Of a DNA stretch of 64,000 nucleotides, positions 23,036 to 32,747 are shown piece after piece. The notes under the pieces are model-generated. The model searched no databases. It saw nothing but the letters and a program-made list of their open reading frames with translations, and was not told the DNA's origin. The position numbers were made by a program, and so were the translations under genes. The number at the start of each line of letters is the position of its first letter. Positions within the stretch are counted from its first letter, which is position 1. Source of the DNA: Psammoneis japonica (lineage: Eukaryota); contig QPGO01000030.1 in the NCBI GenBank assembly GCA_008632985.1, positions 557,135-621,134 of the forward strand, read 5' to 3'.

Positions 23036-23773
23036 TGCAAGCAAAAAACCGGTCTGTCCTCTTCCGACCGGTCTGTCCTCTTGCAAGAGCAAACTGTGTA
23101 AAACCACTCTAAGAAAGGCTTCCCGTTGTTACACATGCAAACCCTGTCTGCTGGCATCGGTCAGAAGGTCAACAGAGATCTTTGCGAAAACAGCGGGCTA
23201 AAAGAGTGTTGCATCATGGCACATTGGGGGCCAAAAGCGGCACATCGCCATTTTCTAAGAAAAATCTACCGTTTGAGAATTTACACAGATTTTCTATCAT
23301 TAATTATCCTCATTGATGTATGTTTTTTAGATGTCCATTTCCAATTCGTGACAAATGCCTGCATACGAAATGCGAGTAATAAGGCAAAACAACAACGAAT
23401 GAGAGCTTATGGACCCGCATTATTCGATACGAGTGTGTATTATGGACTTGCCATTCTGCCCTTGCGAGAGATAATGGCTAAGCGATTGACGAAGGATGCA
23501 AAAAAAAACTGTGTAAATTTCTCGGTATGTTGCCACGTAGAAATCTACTGACGACCGGTCTGTCCTCTTGGAACGAAAAAAGGCCCTTCTTGCGATAGTA
23601 ACAATGGTGTTCAGAACCGTGAACCTGGCAAATACAGGCATAGGAGCACGTCAATTGACAATGTTAGAAGACGTAAGAAGCATTGCACAGTGAAAAGCGA
23701 ATCGATTTTGGAAACAAAATCGACTTTTACACAGATGCCAAAAGGCAGAGGACAGACCGGTTTTTTACTTGTA
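23036..23773. mobile_element. Non-autonomous TIR element (MITE), 27-bp TIRs, sub-terminal repeats
   Basis: Left TGCAAGCAAAAAACCGGTCTGTCCTCT (23036-23062); right, reverse-complemented, TACAAGTAAAAAACCGGTCTGTCCTCT (23747-23773). Internal GACCGGTCTGTCCTCTT at 23066 and 23553. TAGAG on both flanks (23031-35, 23775-79). Confidence 0.85.
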
Positions 23774-23914
23774 GTAGAGAGAGCGTATGACAACTACCAC
23801 TGCATTCATCAGAACCCTCCCGTCTGACACGATCAAAGTCCGCGAATTGTTGTTCGCTTTCTACTTGTGTAAGAGCACATGCTTCTCAACAACAATGACA
23901 ACAACAAAAACAAA

Positions 23915-24695
23915 ATGAGGATTGCTTTTTCCTTTCTTACTTTTATGATTGATGCTGCTACAGGTGTGGGAGTTAGTGCATGTGATCCCAACCCATGCAT
24001 GAACGGAGGGACGTGCTCGGATACACTTGGCGGGTTTTCTTGCGTTTGCTCCGAAGGGTTCACAGGCAGGAGATGCGGAGCATTGATGCCAGGCATGCGC
24101 AGCCTCCTACTAGATACGTGCGAACCAAACCCATGCCACAACGAAGGGACATGCGAGCACACCCTTGGCGGATATCACTGCCATTGTGCCGAGGTGAGTG
24201 ACACAGTTGCGGGTCGTACATGACAGGGACAATTCTTTTTCTAATTGCTGTTTTCTTTCTTTTTAGGGATGGGAGGGGACGAATTGTACGGACGAGTCAA
24301 CCCAATTCCCTTACGACACGTGCGAACCCAATCCATGCCACAACGAAGGGAACTGCTCGCACACCCTCGGTGGCTACCGTTGCTCTTGTGCAGAGGGATG
24401 GGAGGGGACGAATTGCACGGACGAGTCAACCCAACTCCCTCATGACACGTGTAGACCCAATCCATGCCACAACGAAGGGAACTGCTCGCACACTCTCGGT
24501 GGCTATCGTTGCGCTTGCGCAGAGGGATGGGAGGGGACGAATTGCACGGACGAGTCAACCCAACTCCCTTATGACACGTGCAGACCCAATCCATGCCACA
24601 ACGAAGGGAACTGCTCGCACACCCTCGGTGGACATCATTGCTCTTGTGCAGATGGATGGGAAGGAATAAATTGTACGGAGAACAGGAGCAACTAA
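23915..24695 (+). CDS. Small secreted protein of five tandem EGF-like domains; exons 23915-24193, 24267-24695
   Basis: Signal-like N-terminus; CDPNPCMNGGTC..FSCVCSEGFTGRRC. After the GT-AG intron the frame reads (GWEGTNCTDESTQxPYDTCxPNPCHNEGNCSHTLGGYRCSCAE)x3 and ends at TAA 24693. Exon 2 is absent from the ORF track. Confidence 0.88.
24267..24680 (+). repeat. 129-bp coding tandem repeat, about 3.2 units
   Basis: Units start at 24267, 24396, 24525, 24654 and are near-identical. Confidence 0.92.
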
Positions 24696-25302
24696 ATGGC
24701 GGACGTGGGGGCACCATTCTTCAAATTGCATGCTTTTCATTGCAGCGTGGCGTTAGAGAAATTGACCAAAGATACAACGAGCACCCGGTGAGTGAACTCC
24801 GGATTAGAATACATGCTGAATCCACAGCGCTATCTACTCGCCATAATCGACATCATCTGGGCACGACGATGCTGGATAATTGTTGATTATGGCTGGACTC
24901 TACTTCCATTTCATACCGTTACCATCGTCATAAACAAACAATATTTAGCTACTTCCATTATCATCTATTTTCCTCTAATAGCAATAACTGCTCTAGTGAG
25001 CCTAAAACAGAGGTATCTTGCGATTTGCTGCAGTTTTGCTTACCTATCGTTTATTGAGTAGCAAGTCCTTGCCTCCCTCATCATGTCCATGCATCGATCA
25101 CGATAATGACAGAGGTCATCGTCATGTCTATCTGGTCTGGCACTTTAATGGCAGTCTAACAATACACCTGTACTCTTCCCAAAGTGGTGAATGCAGTAGA
25201 AGGCTAGCATGTAAACTAGTACAAAAGAAACAAGCTTATGAAATCACGCAATCTATATAACTGTCGATGCCGTGCACGACAAAAGGAAGCCATTCAACTA
25301 GT

Positions 25303-26916
25303 TCAGCGACCAAAGTTAGGAGAGCGCATTGTTGAAGCACCTTGAGACATCATAATGGCGTACTGCCATCCATCTCTGTTCAGCTCACTTTCATCGCGCT
25401 CCCCCACTCGTCGGTAAAAGTCATGCTGGTCAAAGTCTTCTCCCGAGAAGTTTGGGCTTGCCGGCGGGCTTCCCGGGCGGCTACTCCCGAACGATGAAGC
25501 AGTTGATCTGATGCTTTCTTGTATGAAGAATTGAGACATTTCGAGTTTCTCTGCTTCGTCAATGGAGTTGCAAGGAGTAAAGCTCCATACCTCCAAATTG
25601 ACAATCTCGAACGTCTCTCCTTGTGAGGAAGGATTGACAAGGCATGGACTCCAAAATGTTGCACACCGACTTGACGTACCACGGAGTAAGTCGTCGTCCA
25701 AGGCAATTCCAAATCCAACATTGAAGCGTCCTCCTTCGCTGAGAGAATCACTGAGCGATGTTTCGTCATCAAAGCCCTCCGCAATATGTCCACCTCCGAC
25801 TGCCAGCATGTCCCTGGTGCACAGCTGCACATGCTCGTTCAGACTAGAATACCAATATACGTCCATCTCTGTTTCCTTATGCGCCTGCTCGAAGAGAGAG
25901 TGACATGGAGTCAGTCGATTACTTCTCATTTTCCATAGGAACGTGTCCCGATCGTTTCCGAAATATCGTGTATGCCTTGCCCACCGAGACGTTGTAAAAG
26001 CTCCAAATACATCGCCTTTGGTTGTTTCAATCGCTAATATCGTGTTTGGCGCTGCTCGCACATAGCGCAGTAACGTCGCCAACGAAGCGCCATCACGTAC
26101 AAGCGAAAACCTTAGCCAGAAGTTATCATTCGATACCGATTCGGGTACAAAACTCAGCAGAGATTCCATCAGCGGTGGGCTGAGTACATGCGGTTGAGCT
26201 CGTGTATCGTCTGCAGATGTTCCAAGGATCTGGAACGTCCCCGTCGGGTTTTCGTAGTCGGTTGCTCGCTTCCTTCCGCCGTAGTCAAATCCAAAGTCAC
26301 CAGCGTACTCATCCTTAAGAACTTCCCATGCATCGTAGTGGTCGAAACCACCTTCTTCCAGTTCCCAGGAGGATGCACTTGAAAGATCACCAGCGCTCTT
26401 CTCGTTCTTTTCGACTCTAACTTCCTCGTCGGATCGAATGCTGACGTAGTCGCTTTCGTCTTCGTCTGATTCTTCTTTTCGACTCTCGCTCAATTCCAAT
26501 TTCCCACTGCTTGGTTTTGATTGCGCCTTTTCTAGTTTGGCCGCCGAGTGCAGTCGTGCGAGCTCAGAAGGTGTCACGCCGTCCTGGTGCGCTCGCCAGA
26601 GACCGATGGAGAACGAGAGCGATTTACCTTTTCGACTCGTTCGATGCGGTTTTTTAGTAGGAACTCCATCTTTGGGGATACTAAAGAGCATTTCATCGTT
26701 CAGTAGTTTTGAAGCACGTTCTTGCTGTTCAGTCTCTTCACCTGCGGGTTGAGATGATCCGATTGAGTTGACATCGTGTCTGGACACTTTCTTCGGGTGG
26801 TCAACGAGCAGCGCGTGAAGGAAAGCTTCTTCGTTCGGTGTCAGCGAAGCCTTTCTTCGATGCATAGTCTCTTCTAATCTAGTTCCTCTGGCCTGGCTTA
26901 CTTTTGTCATCGTCAT
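25303..26916 (-). CDS. TLDc-domain protein (OXR1/NCOA7-like)
   Basis: WLRFSLVRDGASLATL, ETTKGDVFGAF, YFGND.DTFLW, LAVGGG, FGIALDDDLLRGTSSRCATF, FEIVNLEVW. Confidence 0.92.
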   Translation of the reverse strand: MTMTKVSQARGTRLEETMHRRKASLTPNEEAFLHALLVDHPKKVSRHDVNSIGSSQPAGEETEQQERASKLLNDEMLFSIPKDGVPTKKPHRTSRKGKSLSFSIGLWRAHQDGVTPSELARLHSAAKLEKAQSKPSSGKLELSESRKEESDEDESDYVSIRSDEEVRVEKNEKSAGDLSSASSWELEEGGFDHYDAWEVLKDEYAGDFGFDYGGRKRATDYENPTGTFQILGTSADDTRAQPHVLSPPLMESLLSFVPESVSNDNFWLRFSLVRDGASLATLLRYVRAAPNTILAIETTKGDVFGAFTTSRWARHTRYFGNDRDTFLWKMRSNRLTPCHSLFEQAHKETEMDVYWYSSLNEHVQLCTRDMLAVGGGHIAEGFDDETSLSDSLSEGGRFNVGFGIALDDDLLRGTSSRCATFWSPCLVNPSSQGETFEIVNLEVWSFTPCNSIDEAEKLEMSQFFIQESIRSTASSFGSSRPGSPPASPNFSGEDFDQHDFYRRVGERDESELNRDGWQYAIMMSQGASTMRSPNFGR

Positions 26917-27334
26917 TTGTTTTTGTTCTCTTGTTGTTTGGTTCTTTTTGTTTGTTCTGTTGTGTCACGCTGTTGATGGCAACGCCTCCGAATGCATTCT
27001 TAGAGGGCGGGGTTCGCGAAGATTCCAAATTATTTAACGATGCGAACCCAAGAAGATTCTTCCGCGACGAACTCCGAGCACGACTAAGTAGGGAATCAGG
27101 AATCTACATAATCACATCTTTTTCTTTTTTGTGTGTACATCGCTCGGCTGCGCAATGCGATGGGCAACGCTACGCAATGGGCAGGCAGAAAAAGCTGGAA
27201 CCGTCGCGATCGCCATCCAGTAGTGCAATTACCAAACCTATTATTTGATCAGTTCAGAGTGCAGAGTGTTGTGTTCTTTAAAGAGAGATTGGGAGAATAT
27301 AAAGCAGAGCTATAGGCAAAGAAGATTAGGCAAA

Positions 27335-29668
27335 ATGAAAAGTATATCATCCATGATTGGTATTTCCCTGTCGCTGATACTCCTTCACTCGGTGTCTGGG
27401 AGTACAGAGACGACACCAACTCTGACTGAGCCGTTTCAATCGTCATTTGAGCGGTTATCGCACCATCCATGTGTCACACTGTACCACCGCAACGGGAGAT
27501 TCGGTTGTGGTACGGTCGATCGAGAGACGCAGACAGGGATGTTGGTTTACTACGATGAATCTTCTTCTCCGGGAAGTGATCCATATGTGTTTGTACTCGA
27601 GGAGTTCCAAATGACAGCAGACGTAATTGACAGCATAGTTTCAAACAACAAAGAGGGAAAGTTACAGGGAATACTGGTGCTCAACTCAACGAGCGAAGAC
27701 AGCGAGAAGTACCTTTCACCAGAGGCACAAGCTCCTCAGGGCGACGGCACTCCGTCTTCAGCATTGACTGGAGACAGTGCTTATCCTTGGAATGGAAATG
27801 GGGACGGACTAGTGTACAAGGATCTTTATGGTGTACCGATGGCCTACGTGCATTCTGCTGATGTGTCCTCAACGATTCGATCCGTTTCGCAAGACTCGGA
27901 TCAGGCAACTCATTCCATTGTTGCGGAATTCAACTACTACATGGGACCAGCCGACAAAGATAGTAAGGCATGTCTCGGTTGGAAGGACGTAAGCAATGAT
28001 GAGTGGGCCCCGAAGTGTCTTCCTATTGGCGGAACCAGTGTGTGGGCAGTGGCAGGATCGCCCGAAGTTGCTGAAAATGGGAGCCAACGTCCAGTAGTCC
28101 TCTTGGGTACTTCGATTGACGCCACATCCATGTTTCACGATGCGTCACCTGGCGCGAATTCGGCTGCATCCAACACGCTTGCTCTCCTCATGGCAGCAAA
28201 GCTAATTGGAGGGAATGTAAAGGATGAAACGCTGGATGGCCTGACGAGTCGTATCGCTTTTGGATTCTTCCAAGCCGAGGCTTATGGATTTGTAGGTTCT
28301 CGTGCATTTCTCCGCGATGTTGCGTATCCAGGCTTTCAATGTGATGAAGGATTGACAGTGCCGGCCGTCGCAAAAAACAAGGACGATGACAACCTTGCAT
28401 GTCTTCATCCGATGCGACCCAGTCTTGCGTTCCAGAATTTGGGTGAGATTTCTGGAATGATTGCGGTGGATCAAGTTGGACTCCTTGCTACCGACAAGAC
28501 TTTGTATGCCCACAATGATGGTAACGATGGTACATTTGGAGCATTTGTTTCAGAGATTCTTCAAGCCTCAAGCACCGATAGCTTTTCCGTCTCCGCTTCG
28601 TCGGCAGCCGGAGACAATGATGACGGCGATTATTCGCTCCCACCCACACCGTTGACAAGTCTCCTTCAACTCAGTGAAGGAGCCGTCGGCGGTGCAGTCC
28701 TTGCTGGCTACGATGACGCTTACGTCCAGAAGGGTCTATATCATTCTCACTTGGACTCGGAACAGACTCGGTCAATGAATCTCGAGGCTGTTGCTGCAGC
28801 GGCAACTCTCCTTGCACGAGCTGCCGTTGCGGCGGCGTACGACGACGGAAGCATGGACTCTGACACCTCAGCACAGTACGCAGCCAACATAGTTCCTGAG
28901 CTCAGTTCCAATGATGAGACGCTGCTAGAACTTGCCGATTGTCTTTACGCGAACGGACTGTGCGAGCTCATTCAGAAGTACGCGACGGTGGAGAGCGCCA
29001 ATGACTACGAAACGACGAACATCAATTTAGGGCTTGGAACCATTCTCGGCGCACCACCGAGCTACTACGCCAGTGTCTACGACATCAACAATGGACAGCC
29101 TTTTGTACAAGTTGGCTCAAGTTGGTATGGATCGTACACAAAGGACGATTACGGCAAAAAGGATTCGGACACATTTGCCATGAGACCAACGTCGTTCGAA
29201 ATGAGCATTCGTGGCATGCTTAATGATTTTCTCGGCAGAGGATCAATATCCAAATCGAATGACGAGAACGATAGAGTCTTACAAGATGATTCGTCCTTGG
29301 TGTCGTGTAAATCTACATCTGACTGTTCCGACGTTTCGTATTGTAATCAAGATGGAGATGGTGCTGTATGCACGGGTGGGGGCGTCTGCGTTTGTTCGCG
29401 GGCACACTATCACGCCGCCTTGGATGAAGCTATTGAAGCAGCTCCAAACAATGGAACGAGCCGCTTTATATTCAGAGATGACGACGAAGGGATTACCCCG
29501 GTATACACTGAACCTTATTGGTCGAACAGCGTCGGAGTGGGAGTATATCGTAGGGGGAGCGATAGTGCAGGTTGGGCGGCTCTCGCAAGCGGGCTTATGG
29601 TGTTTTGTGCAAGTTTAGTGACGACGCTTCTCTTCAAGCGCAGCATGAAGAAAGAGAAGCTTTATTGA
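27335..29668 (+). CDS. NCSTN: Nicastrin (gamma-secretase subunit)
   Basis: Signal peptide; HPCVTL..GRFGC, WNGNGDG, CLPIGGTSVW, IDATSMF, FFQAEAYGFVGSRAFL, LPPTPLTSLL, YHSHLD, YTEPYWS; C-terminal TM. Confidence 0.92.
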   Translation: MKSISSMIGISLSLILLHSVSGSTETTPTLTEPFQSSFERLSHHPCVTLYHRNGRFGCGTVDRETQTGMLVYYDESSSPGSDPYVFVLEEFQMTADVIDSIVSNNKEGKLQGILVLNSTSEDSEKYLSPEAQAPQGDGTPSSALTGDSAYPWNGNGDGLVYKDLYGVPMAYVHSADVSSTIRSVSQDSDQATHSIVAEFNYYMGPADKDSKACLGWKDVSNDEWAPKCLPIGGTSVWAVAGSPEVAENGSQRPVVLLGTSIDATSMFHDASPGANSAASNTLALLMAAKLIGGNVKDETLDGLTSRIAFGFFQAEAYGFVGSRAFLRDVAYPGFQCDEGLTVPAVAKNKDDDNLACLHPMRPSLAFQNLGEISGMIAVDQVGLLATDKTLYAHNDGNDGTFGAFVSEILQASSTDSFSVSASSAAGDNDDGDYSLPPTPLTSLLQLSEGAVGGAVLAGYDDAYVQKGLYHSHLDSEQTRSMNLEAVAAAATLLARAAVAAAYDDGSMDSDTSAQYAANIVPELSSNDETLLELADCLYANGLCELIQKYATVESANDYETTNINLGLGTILGAPPSYYASVYDINNGQPFVQVGSSWYGSYTKDDYGKKDSDTFAMRPTSFEMSIRGMLNDFLGRGSISKSNDENDRVLQDDSSLVSCKSTSDCSDVSYCNQDGDGAVCTGGGVCVCSRAHYHAALDEAIEAAPNNGTSRFIFRDDDEGITPVYTEPYWSNSVGVGVYRRGSDSAGWAALASGLMVFCASLVTTLLFKRSMKKEKLY

Positions 29669-29829
29669 TCGTTGATGGCTCTACTGGTATGATGAAGGTA
29701 TCGGAATTCGAAACTAGCGACATGATGCTCAATAATGAAATACTGTAGGTATCCTTTATCGTTATCATCTTTTGCTACTCTTCTGTTCAAATTGTTGAAT
29801 ATTTCCCTCGTTGACAGAACCGACGCCTT

Positions 29830-30480
29830 CTATTTTTTGGAACTTGCGGGTTTGTACTTCTTCTTGTGTCTTCCGCTGTTAATGCGGACGGACCCCATGA
29901 AGATTCCGATGTGAACGTGACGCAAAAAACCGTAGCGGGGAACGGGTTTGTTATCTTGTAAGATTGGATAAAGCAAGGCGTCGAGCTGTATCCGTGCCAA
30001 ACCTGATTGAATTGTTCCCACATATTTATAAGAGAGTAACGTCGAAGGGTCAACAAAAATCCTCTCCAGTCCAACGGGAATAAGGACAAACTTCATGATG
30101 ATTACGTTGTTGTCTTTTGCAAAGCGACAGGAGACGTGGTACAGATCCCAACTTTCGTGGCATGTTTCCATCAAGTGCGACTCTTTGATTTCAATGACTC
30201 GTCTTCCTTCATCCTTGCAACACCCACACCATGAACCTTGATGGTTTCTGTGCATTGCTTGTACCCAAATTGCTGGTGTTTGAACTTCGTTCTCTTTGTC
30301 GGGAAATGGACTGACGAGGTTACCCCAGTAATTCGTTCGATGATAGAGCTTCATGGGCTGGTTTCCTTTCGTTCTCAAGGCCAATTGAAGCAAAAGAACA
30401 AGAAGTCTTTGCCTTGCAGCGACGACGACTCTCTCTTTCGTATGAGTGGCCTGCCGTTTCAAAATTTGCCAGTTTTTCAT
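29830..30480 (-). CDS. Hypothetical protein
   Basis: 216-codon ATG ORF filling the nicastrin-DDX52 gap; no family recognised. Confidence 0.3.
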   Translation of the reverse strand: MKNWQILKRQATHTKERVVVAARQRLLVLLLQLALRTKGNQPMKLYHRTNYWGNLVSPFPDKENEVQTPAIWVQAMHRNHQGSWCGCCKDEGRRVIEIKESHLMETCHESWDLYHVSCRFAKDNNVIIMKFVLIPVGLERIFVDPSTLLSYKYVGTIQSGLARIQLDALLYPILQDNKPVPRYGFLRHVHIGIFMGSVRINSGRHKKKYKPASSKK

Positions 30481-30777
30481 TTTCCCGCAATTTTGTTTTC
30501 GATTCTGTCCGACTATTTCGACTGAACAAGTCTATTTCAGTATGTGAGTTGTCGTATGTACAAATTGTAGGGAGTCATACGTGGGTGGCGCTTCACCACT
30601 CATTTTATTTTCAATTTTTTATTCCCTCCAACCTCCAGGATCCATCACGAACACAATCAACAAAACGCGACACTGCTTGACCTATTCCTATCCTCTACTT
30701 TGCCGCCCTTTTCAACTTTCGGTTTATGCTGTTCGAATTTTTTGCGTCTCGGTTGTAGAAACGAAAGCGCCTTGATC

Positions 30778-32649
30778 ATGGACGACTTGTTCAATCTTCT
30801 GTCGTCGTCTGCTCGCATTGATAAATCGAAACGTTCCAAGAAGCGTAGTCGCCCAGTACCTGTAGCGGCATCTTCAACTTCTTCAGTCGCTAGAAAACCT
30901 CAAAGCAATAGCAGTGATGATGAAAGTGACGATAGCTCTGTAGCAAGGAGTCCGCAGAAGATCGCATCTCGAGATCGTACTGGAAAGCGAGATTCATCGG
31001 AAGCCAAGCAACAACAGATTCATCGCGAGCAAATGGCTGCGTTCCGAAAGTCCATGTCGATCCGATTAGCGAACAAGCACGATCCAAATGTGCCTGACCC
31101 CGTGTCGTCCTTTGCTGAACTTGCGGCTCCGTCGTGGTGGTCCACTACTCGTGAATTTGAAACCATCCGACGAGCCATTGTGAACAACGTGGAACAGGGG
31201 AAATGGAAGGAGCCGACGCCCATTCAGATGCAAGCCATGCCCTCGCTTTTGGAGCGGCGGGACTTGATTGGAGCCGCACCAACAGGATCCGGAAAATCTG
31301 GAGCTTTCATCATTCCTTCACTATTAATCAGTAGCGTTTCTCACGACGTGTTTTACGCAACTCGAGCAACGTCGAAAACGAAATCAAAGAAACGCCCGGC
31401 CAAAAAGTTTTCTCGTGATGGAGAGATACGATGCCTCTTGTTGGCTCCTTCGCGCGAACTCGCTGCTCAGTTGTATCGAGAAGTGGAACGGCTTGGGATG
31501 GGGAAGCCAGGTGGACTTACCTCTCTGTTGCTCTCGAAATCGAACGCATCCCACGTCATTTCTGGTAGTGCCGGTGGGAAGAGCGGATTAGATGTACTTG
31601 TGACTACGCCGCTGAGGCTGGTTGATTGCGTCGAAAAAGGCCTTGATCTCCATTCCGTCAGGCTTGTTGTATTGGATGAGGCCGACCGGCTTCTAGATGC
31701 AGCTGACGGTAATCGTAACAAGCAAGCCATTGGAAACTCCGCCGACGAAGTTGCAACAGACGAAAACAATTCCGAAAAGAAACGAAAAGCAGATATAAAA
31801 GGAGGCGAGAAAGAGTCGGGATCATCACAATCGCAGTCATTTTTGGCGCAAATGGACACGATATTCAACGCCTTGCCCGCTACAGCTACTCGCTCTCTAT
31901 TCTCCGCCACGGTCACTCCGACTGTCAGGTCGCTTGCAGAATCAATATTGCGCAACCCCGTCGATGTTACAATCGCCGCCCCTGGAACCATTGGCGGGGC
32001 GAACAAAGATATTGATCAGGAATTGACGTTCGTGGGACGGGAGGAAGGTAAACTCCTGGCGATCCGGCAGCTCGTACTGAGAGGACAGCTCAAGCCACCA
32101 GCCATTGTGTTTGTTCAGAGCCAGGAACGAGCACAGGCGCTTTTCAGCGAACTCTTGTACGATGGCATACATGTAGATGTGATTCATGCTGGTCGATCGC
32201 GGTCTGCTCGTGACAATGCCGTCGCCAAGTTTAGACGTGGTGACACGTGGCTTCTCATTTGCACTGACCTTGTAGCTCGTGGCGTTGACTTTCGAGCGGT
32301 GAATATGGTTATCAACTATGACCTTCCTGCATCGGGAGTGACTTACGTTCACCGCATCGGCAGGACCGGACGAGCGGGTCGCAAGGGAAAGGCGATTACG
32401 CTTTTTACAGAAGCTGACTTTGAAAACTTACGAACCATCGCAAATGTCATGAAGTTGAGTGGTTGCGAAGTACCGAGTTGGATGCTCAACATGCGCCGGA
32501 GCAAGAAGAAAGGCAGCAACCCTCACAGAATGAAGATTGACACCACCCCATCGTATGACAGGAGGAAACGTTCCCATAAACAGCAAAGCATTCAAAACAG
32601 CAAGAAGAGGAAGCGAGAAATGGAGGGAAAGAGCCGGGTGGAAGAATGA
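30778..32649 (+). CDS. DDX52: DEAD-box RNA helicase DDX52/Rok1
   Basis: EPTPIQMQA, APTGSGKS, PSRELA, TTPLRL, DEAD, SAT, PPAIVFVQSQERA, ARGVDF, HRIGRTGRAG, IANVMKLSGCEVP. Confidence 0.93.
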   Translation: MDDLFNLLSSSARIDKSKRSKKRSRPVPVAASSTSSVARKPQSNSSDDESDDSSVARSPQKIASRDRTGKRDSSEAKQQQIHREQMAAFRKSMSIRLANKHDPNVPDPVSSFAELAAPSWWSTTREFETIRRAIVNNVEQGKWKEPTPIQMQAMPSLLERRDLIGAAPTGSGKSGAFIIPSLLISSVSHDVFYATRATSKTKSKKRPAKKFSRDGEIRCLLLAPSRELAAQLYREVERLGMGKPGGLTSLLLSKSNASHVISGSAGGKSGLDVLVTTPLRLVDCVEKGLDLHSVRLVVLDEADRLLDAADGNRNKQAIGNSADEVATDENNSEKKRKADIKGGEKESGSSQSQSFLAQMDTIFNALPATATRSLFSATVTPTVRSLAESILRNPVDVTIAAPGTIGGANKDIDQELTFVGREEGKLLAIRQLVLRGQLKPPAIVFVQSQERAQALFSELLYDGIHVDVIHAGRSRSARDNAVAKFRRGDTWLLICTDLVARGVDFRAVNMVINYDLPASGVTYVHRIGRTGRAGRKGKAITLFTEADFENLRTIANVMKLSGCEVPSWMLNMRRSKKKGSNPHRMKIDTTPSYDRRKRSHKQQSIQNSKKRKREMEGKSRVEE

Positions 32650-32747
32650 GCACGGCTGATCTACGAAGTTAGTCGTACAAAAACTTCGCAGCTAAGTTAG
32701 CTAGATTACCTTACCCCAAGCACAAACCTATGATTTATTCGAAGTTT

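Noticed and set aside
24267..24680. Regular repeats that could be taken for a CRISPR array; alternative-frame ORF 24220-24669
   Set aside because: Full-length 129-bp units without unique spacers, encoding EGF domains in another frame; eukaryotic context with no cas genes.
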